From: Bacillota bacterium
Lineage (GTDB): Bacteria; Bacillota; UBA5301
Length of the DNA: 64,000 nt
NCBI GenBank assembly: GCA_017656135.1
Contig: JACDOJ010000004.1
Span: forward strand, 6,007-70,006
Direction of reading: 5' to 3'
Positions 58,978 through 64,000 of this stretch are shown one piece after another. Under the pieces are notes generated by a model. That model made no database searches. It was not told the origin of the DNA and was given only the letters and a program-made list of their open reading frames with translations. A program made the position numbers and the translations under genes. The stretch's first letter is position 1; every line of letters begins with the position of its first letter.

Positions 58978-60156
58978 GTGAACATTATTCTCACATCCAA
59001 CTCCCCAGGGGAGATATCAGGCTGGGTCAAACCGGTGGTGGGAGAGATCAGCCGCGGGTGGCCCGGGGCCAACGTCTACCTTTTCATCTTGCCTTGTTCT
59101 TTTGCCAGCGGGCAGGAGTGCAGTGTGGCCGCCAACATTTCTGGCATCAAAGAGGTCTTTCCCGCCCGGGACTACTGGCGCCTGGTCCTCACCGGTCGGC
59201 GCCCTGCCGGCTACCAGCACGCTGAGGAGGGGTTGGTCCTCTTTCTCGGGGGAGACCAAACCCACGCCGTACTCATTGGTTCCCGGCTGCAGTATCCGGT
59301 CTATGTGTACACTGAAGGGCGTGCCCTCTGGCCGAAGCGGGTTCAGAAGTATTTCGTCCCTTACCCTGAGGCCTTGGCCAAGGTGAAGGAGAAGGCCCCT
59401 GGCAAGGGGGAGCTGGTTGGCAACATAATGCTGGATGCAGTGAAACCCACCATGAGCCGGGATGCTTTCCGCCGGGATTTGGGGCTCAAAACCCATGAGC
59501 CTCTGGTGGCCCTCTTTCCAGGGAGCCGTCCGGGAGAGTTTAGCTACATCGCCGGTTTCTTTTGTGAGGCCACTGAGCTTCTGAAGAGGGAGCTGCCGGC
59601 GGTTAGATTCGTGGTCAGTTTGTCTCCCTTCATCCCTGATGCCCTGGCCCGAGAGGCTTTCCCTCAAGACAGGTTTCGGGACATGATTTTGCTTAAGGGA
59701 AGACAGTATGATATCATGCACAGCGCCGACTTGGCTTTGACCATTCCGGGGACCAACACAGCCGAGATGGCTTTCGAGGGTCTGCCGATGGTGGTTTCCG
59801 TGCCCTTAAACCGTCCGGAGCTGATTCCCTTGGAAGGACTCCCCGGTCTCATCGGTGGTCTGCCGCTTATCGGGAAACCCCTCAAACGCCGGGCGGTTCA
59901 GGCGGTGAACGCCAAGTTAAAGTACACGGCTCTCCCCAATATCCTGGCCAAAGAGGAGATCATCCCTGAACTGAGAGGGGATGTCACCCCGGCTGATCTG
60001 GCCCAGGCGGCCCATGAGCTTCTCAGTGATGAGGAGAGACGGAGGGAGATGGCCGAGCGCCTCAAAGCCGTGATTGGACCCGCCGGAGCAGCCAGGCGTC
60101 TGGTGAATGCGCTGCAAAAACTGACAGGATACGGTGATTACGTCAATGAAATTTGA
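58978..60156 (+). CDS. LpxB-like GT19-family glycosyltransferase paralogue (function unknown)
   Basis: It has the same architecture as LpxB (LFPGSRPGE, ...PGTNTAEMAFEGLPMVV..PLN, LPNILA.EEI.PEL). The N-terminal GEPSGD motif is replaced by NSPGEISGW. The GTG start follows GGGAGGAG. Confidence 0.65.
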   Translation: MNIILTSNSPGEISGWVKPVVGEISRGWPGANVYLFILPCSFASGQECSVAANISGIKEVFPARDYWRLVLTGRRPAGYQHAEEGLVLFLGGDQTHAVLIGSRLQYPVYVYTEGRALWPKRVQKYFVPYPEALAKVKEKAPGKGELVGNIMLDAVKPTMSRDAFRRDLGLKTHEPLVALFPGSRPGEFSYIAGFFCEATELLKRELPAVRFVVSLSPFIPDALAREAFPQDRFRDMILLKGRQYDIMHSADLALTIPGTNTAEMAFEGLPMVVSVPLNRPELIPLEGLPGLIGGLPLIGKPLKRRAVQAVNAKLKYTALPNILAKEEIIPELRGDVTPADLAQAAHELLSDEERRREMAERLKAVIGPAGAARRLVNALQKLTGYGDYVNEI

Positions 60157-61891
60157 TACCAGAACGGCCTGCAGACTTTTTGCCCTAGTCAGACCCCATC
60201 TGAAAGCGTTCATCATCGGCCTGTTTGCGATGGTGGTTACCGCCGCCGTCAACCTGGCCCTGCCCTACCTCTTCGGTAAGGGGCTCATTGACAATGTCTT
60301 GACGACCCGGGACTTCACCCTCTTGAACCTGGTGGCGTTGGGAATTATCGTGCTCTTTATCATCAAGGGTGGTTTCGTGTACACCACCAATTACCTTCTG
60401 GCCTACGTGGGCCAGCGGGCGGTTCTGGATCTCCGGGAACGGATCTTCCGGCACCTGCAGCGGCTGCCTTTATCTTTTTTTGCCCGGCGCAAGGCCGGTG
60501 ATCTCATCTCTCACATGACCTACGACACCACCATGATCGAAAACAGCATCTCCAAAGATTTCGCCAACCTGATTCAACAGATCTTTGCGGCGGTTTTCAC
60601 TTTGGTCGTCATTTTTGTGATCCACTGGAAACTCTCCCTCTTGACCCTGGTGGTTTTCCCCTTTATGGGCTGGGTGTTCGCTGTCTTCAGCTCTAAGATT
60701 CGCAAGGTTGCCCGGAAACGGCAGGAGAAATTTGGGGAACTCACCTCGGTTATGGAGGAATCCATCTACGGAATCAGAATCATCAAGGCTTTCAACCTGG
60801 CGCCGGTCTCTCAGGATCGTTTTGAAGCCGAAAACCTCTCTAACTTTGAAAAAGGCATGAAGACTGAACAGGTCCGGGCGACTATGGTGCCCATCATCGA
60901 GCTGCTTTTAGTCGTGGGTCTCAGCATCGTGCTCTGGTTTGGGGGCAGTGAGGTTATCAAGGGCAACCTGACCGCCGGTGAGCTGATGGCCTTCATCGGC
61001 TACATCGCCATGCTCTCCAATCCGGTCTTGAGCATTTCCAGGACTATCGCCACCCTCCAGCAGGCCTTTGCCGCCGGGGACCGGATCTTCGCCCTTTTGG
61101 ATGAGGATATCACAGTGGAAGATAAGCCTGATGCGGTGGAACTGGGGGAGATCGAGGGCCGAGTACGCTTCGAAAATGTGAGCTTTCAGTATCCTGGGGA
61201 AGACAAGCGGGTTTTAGAGAGAATCAACCTGGATGTAGCACCGGGCGAGATCGTGGCCTTGGTAGGCCCCAGCGGCGCCGGCAAGACCACGCTGGTGAAC
61301 CTGATTCCCCGTTTCTACGATCCCACCGAGGGCGCCATCTATCTGGACGAAATCGACATCAGAGATGTCAAACAGGACTCCCTGCGGGAAAAAATCGGCT
61401 TGGTCCCCCAGGAGACTATTCTCTTTGGCGTCAGCGTCCGGGAGAACATCCGGTACGGGCGGCTGGATGCCACTGATGAAGAGATCGAATACGCTGCCAA
61501 GCTGGCCAATGCCCACGACTTCATCATGGAACTCTCTGAGGGTTATGACACCATCCTCGGTGAGAAGGGGCAGGGTCTCTCCGGAGGCCAGAGGCAGCGG
61601 CTGGCGATCGCCAGGGCTGTTCTCAGAAACCCCAAGATTTTGATCCTGGATGAGGCCACCTCGGCCCTGGACACCGAGTCAGAACGCCTGGTCCAGGATG
61701 CCTTGGATCGGTTGATGGCCAACCGGACTACCTTCGTCATCGCCCACCGGCTCTCCACTATTGTCAACGCCGACCGCATTGTGGTCCTCCAGGACGGCCG
61801 GATTGTGGAAACCGGCACCCATCAGGAACTTTTGGAAGCAGGCGGTTTGTATCATAAACTGTACCAAATGCAATTTTCAAGGGGGAGATAG
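60146..61891 (+). CDS. msbA: Lipid A/LPS flippase-type ABC exporter (MsbA-like, fused TMD-NBD)
   Basis: Six-TM exporter domain plus an NBD with GPSGAGKTT, LSGGQRQRLAIARA, ILILDEATSALD and AHRLST. The cluster context supports MsbA. The start ATG at 60146 overlaps the previous stop. Confidence 0.85.
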   Translation: MKFDTRTACRLFALVRPHLKAFIIGLFAMVVTAAVNLALPYLFGKGLIDNVLTTRDFTLLNLVALGIIVLFIIKGGFVYTTNYLLAYVGQRAVLDLRERIFRHLQRLPLSFFARRKAGDLISHMTYDTTMIENSISKDFANLIQQIFAAVFTLVVIFVIHWKLSLLTLVVFPFMGWVFAVFSSKIRKVARKRQEKFGELTSVMEESIYGIRIIKAFNLAPVSQDRFEAENLSNFEKGMKTEQVRATMVPIIELLLVVGLSIVLWFGGSEVIKGNLTAGELMAFIGYIAMLSNPVLSISRTIATLQQAFAAGDRIFALLDEDITVEDKPDAVELGEIEGRVRFENVSFQYPGEDKRVLERINLDVAPGEIVALVGPSGAGKTTLVNLIPRFYDPTEGAIYLDEIDIRDVKQDSLREKIGLVPQETILFGVSVRENIRYGRLDATDEEIEYAAKLANAHDFIMELSEGYDTILGEKGQGLSGGQRQRLAIARAVLRNPKILILDEATSALDTESERLVQDALDRLMANRTTFVIAHRLSTIVNADRIVVLQDGRIVETGTHQELLEAGGLYHKLYQMQFSRGR

Positions 61892-61892
61892 T

Positions 61893-62936
61893 TTGAAGGG
61901 AATGGTTCTCGCGGCCGGGGTCGGTTCCCGCCTGGAGCCTCTGACTAAATACACTCCGAAGCCGATGGTTCCTTTGGGAAACCGCCCGGCCATGGAACAC
62001 ATCCTGGCTCTTTTGGCCCGGCACAGCATCACCGAGATCGCCACGAACCTCTGGTATCTTCCGGAGCAGATAAAAACCTACTTCGGCAACGGTTCGGGGT
62101 TCGGAGTGAACCTGTACTACTCAGAGGAGAAGGAGCTTTTAGGAACAGCCGGCGGCGTCCGCAAGCTGGCGGATTTCTTCGATGAAACCTTTATCGTCAT
62201 CGCCGGTGACGCTCTCACCGATGTCGACCTCACCGGCCTCGTCAATTTTCACCGGGAGCGGGGGGCTTTGGCCACCATCGCTGTGAAACCGGTTGAGGAT
62301 CCCACCCACTACGGGGTGGTCGTTACGGATGAGCAGGGGAAGATCACCGGTTTCCAGGAGAAGCCCAAACTCGACGAGGCCTTGAGCTTCACCGCCAACA
62401 CCGGGATCTATGTCTTCGAGCCGGAGGTTTTGGAGTTGATTCCGGCCGATACCTTTTACGATTTCGGCAAGCAGCTCTTTCCCAGGCTGGTGGCGGATAA
62501 GGCCCCCTTTTACGCCTGGGCTACCGAGGATTACTGGTGTGATGTCGGGACCCACCAGGTCTACTACCAGGCCAACCTGGACATTGTCCGGGGCCGGGTC
62601 AGGCTGTATACCGCCGGCTTCCGGCAGCCAGAGGGTGGGCTCCTGGTAGCGGAAGGTGCAGAGATCGCCGCTTGTGCTACCCTCAGCGGCACCAATGTCA
62701 TTGGTGAGAACTGCCGCGTGGAGAGCGGGGTCAAGCTGTCTGACAGCGTCCTCTGGGACCGGGTGACTGTAGGTGAAAGGGCCCAGGTGGAGGGGGCTGT
62801 ACTTGGCCAGGGGGTTACTGTCCTTCCTGGGGCCAAGGTTCCCCGGGGCTGCATCATCGGGGACGGAAGCGTTATCGGTTCTCAGGCCAACCTGGCGGAA
62901 GGCACTGTGGTCCCGGCCGAATCCAATTTAAAGTGA
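61893..62936 (+). CDS. Sugar-1-phosphate nucleotidyltransferase with a C-terminal left-handed beta-helix domain
   Basis: LAAGVGSRLEPLT...PKPMVP, GTAGG and the GD.L.D.D motif are followed by hexapeptide repeats. The likely TTG start at 61893 is 5 nt after GGGGGAG. The sugar specificity cannot be determined. Confidence 0.8.
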   Translation: MKGMVLAAGVGSRLEPLTKYTPKPMVPLGNRPAMEHILALLARHSITEIATNLWYLPEQIKTYFGNGSGFGVNLYYSEEKELLGTAGGVRKLADFFDETFIVIAGDALTDVDLTGLVNFHRERGALATIAVKPVEDPTHYGVVVTDEQGKITGFQEKPKLDEALSFTANTGIYVFEPEVLELIPADTFYDFGKQLFPRLVADKAPFYAWATEDYWCDVGTHQVYYQANLDIVRGRVRLYTAGFRQPEGGLLVAEGAEIAACATLSGTNVIGENCRVESGVKLSDSVLWDRVTVGERAQVEGAVLGQGVTVLPGAKVPRGCIIGDGSVIGSQANLAEGTVVPAESNLK

Positions 62937-62948
62937 CGGAGGTTGGCA

Positions 62949-64000
62949 GTGCTACTGGTTATCAGCAACGGGCACGGCGAAGACCTGATGGCCGCCAGGC
63001 TCATCAAGAAGATCTTGGAGCTGGCTCCGGAGATTTGCATTCAAGCCCTGCCGGTGGTAGGAGAGGGCAAGCCGATTGTGGAAACCGGCGTCCCGGTGAT
63101 CCACCCGGGGAAGTCCTTCCCCAGCGGCGGTTTCGTCCGTAGCGGCCTCTCTTACCTCATAGCTGACCTTAAGGCCGGGTTTTGGCGGCACTGGCGGGGT
63201 CAAGCCAAAGCTTTGCGGAAGGCGGCTCCCCACGTCAAGCTGACCCTGGCGGTGGGAGACAGCACTCTTTTGTACCTCTCCCGGCGGCACCTGGGAAAGC
63301 CTTTGGTCTTTGTGCCTACGGCAAAATCCGACTACATCAGGCCCCACTACGCCTTTGAGATCAGGTGGATGAAGAAGACGGCTAGAGTAGTCTTTCCCAG
63401 AGATGCGGTTACCGCCCGGAGTCTGGCGAGGCACGGGGTGAACGCTCACTTTGTGGGAAATTTGATGATGGACAGCATTGACATTCACGGTTACGATTTG
63501 GGTCTGGCTGGCTACGGCGCTTCCCGGGGCCTGCCGCCGGTAATCGGCATTCTCCCTGGTAGCAGAGATGAGGCCTACGACAACTTCCGCCTGCTGGCCG
63601 CGGAGGCAGCAGCCTACAGCCACCGGTACGGGCCGGCGGCTTTCCCTACCGCCTTGGCAGGGAACATCAACGAGCATCTTCTAGGCCGCGAACTGGCCGC
63701 CGCCGGTTGGCAGCCTCTGGAGGAACGGGCCCAAGGAGTCAAAGCTGCCTATCAGAAAGGGGAGGCCCGGATCCTTCTCTGTAAAGGGGCCTTTGGTGAT
63801 GTGCTGAACCTTTCAGACTTGATTCTGGGGCTCGCCGGTACCGCCAATGAGCAGGCCGCCGGCCTGGGCAAGCCGGTAGTCACCCACATCGGCCTGGGTA
63901 GCCAGTTCACTTCCAAGTTCGTGGCGGCTCAGAAACGCCTCTTAGGCGATGCCGTCTCCCTGGTTCAAGGGGAGGACCCGGAGAAACCACCGGCACCGGA
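62949..64000 (+). CDS. Lipid-A-disaccharide-synthase-related protein (third GT19-like gene), 3' end beyond the window
   Basis: The reading frame is open from the GTG at 62949 (6 nt after GGAGG) to the window edge and is not in the ORF track. The translation starts VLLVISNGHGEDLMAARLIKKILE and later has ILPGSRDEAY and GLAGTANEQAAGLGKPVV, which are LpxB-like motifs. Confidence 0.6.
   Translation, partial: MLLVISNGHGEDLMAARLIKKILELAPEICIQALPVVGEGKPIVETGVPVIHPGKSFPSGGFVRSGLSYLIADLKAGFWRHWRGQAKALRKAAPHVKLTLAVGDSTLLYLSRRHLGKPLVFVPTAKSDYIRPHYAFEIRWMKKTARVVFPRDAVTARSLARHGVNAHFVGNLMMDSIDIHGYDLGLAGYGASRGLPPVIGILPGSRDEAYDNFRLLAAEAAAYSHRYGPAAFPTALAGNINEHLLGRELAAAGWQPLEERAQGVKAAYQKGEARILLCKGAFGDVLNLSDLILGLAGTANEQAAGLGKPVVTHIGLGSQFTSKFVAAQKRLLGDAVSLVQGEDPEKPPAP

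Noticed and set aside
59017-59721. 234-aa minus-strand ORF
   Set aside because: It is antisense to the LpxB-like paralogue, with no RBS or motif support.
62952-63677. 241-aa minus-strand ORF in the track
   Set aside because: It lies entirely antisense to an open plus-strand frame (62949 to the window end). That frame has an RBS and clear LpxB-like motifs. The minus-strand translation is Arg/Pro/Gly-rich, as is typical of spurious antisense ORFs in GC-rich DNA.
1-64000. Looked for tRNA or rRNA genes, CRISPR arrays, transposases, integrases, phage genes, toxin-antitoxin or defence systems
   Set aside because: No cloverleaf-like or rRNA-like segments, no regularly spaced repeats, and no ORFs with transposase, integrase, nuclease or defence-type motifs were seen. 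The window appears to be core chromosome.

Overview
This window looks like the chromosome of an endospore-forming but diderm (LPS outer membrane) Firmicute, of the Negativicutes/Halanaerobiales/Limnochordia type. All calls rest on reading motifs and synteny by eye; no searches were run.

Layout:
- 1-6.9 kb: a seven-gene Mrp/Mnh Na+/H+ antiporter operon, then tsaC.
- 6.8-10.2 kb (minus strand): a glycosyltransferase translationally coupled to a large polytopic membrane protein.
- 10.2-13.8 kb: an ECF sigma, zinc anti-sigma, RseB-like protein and HtrA envelope-stress operon.
- 13.8-14.8 kb: a small multihaem cytochrome c and two tiny zinc-ribbon ORFs.
- 14.8-24.5 kb: a Bacillus-like syntenic block: ywlE, rpiB, upp, dCMP deaminase, tagO/wecA, wecB, ywmB-like, murA, spoIID, spoIIQ-like, spoIIID, mbl.
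- From 24.8 kb to the window end: a very large outer-membrane/LPS supercluster. It contains flgF, flgG, flgA, flgH, flgI and a short flgJ, then an AMIN-phosphodiester glycosidase and an S55 peptidase. These are followed by tamB, a group-3 sigma factor plus a membrane protein, an Omp85 (BamA/TamA-like), an unknown secreted protein and two Skp/OmpH paralogues. Next come lpxD, lptF/G, lptD, lptC, lptA and an MFS gene on the opposite strand. The cluster ends with an unusual ABC pair, lpxC, fabZ, lpxA, lpxI, lpxB, two LpxB-like paralogues, msbA and a nucleotidyltransferase.

No rRNA, tRNA, CRISPR array or mobile element was seen.

The most interesting items are:
- an uncharacterised ABC module with a huge extracytoplasmic domain inside the LPS cluster;
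- a sigma factor embedded between tamB and the Omp85 gene;
- an S55 (SpoIVB-like) peptidase with permuted motif order, co-transcribed with the flagellar ring genes;
- an unknown secreted protein between the Omp85 gene and skp;
- three GT19 (LpxB-like) genes.
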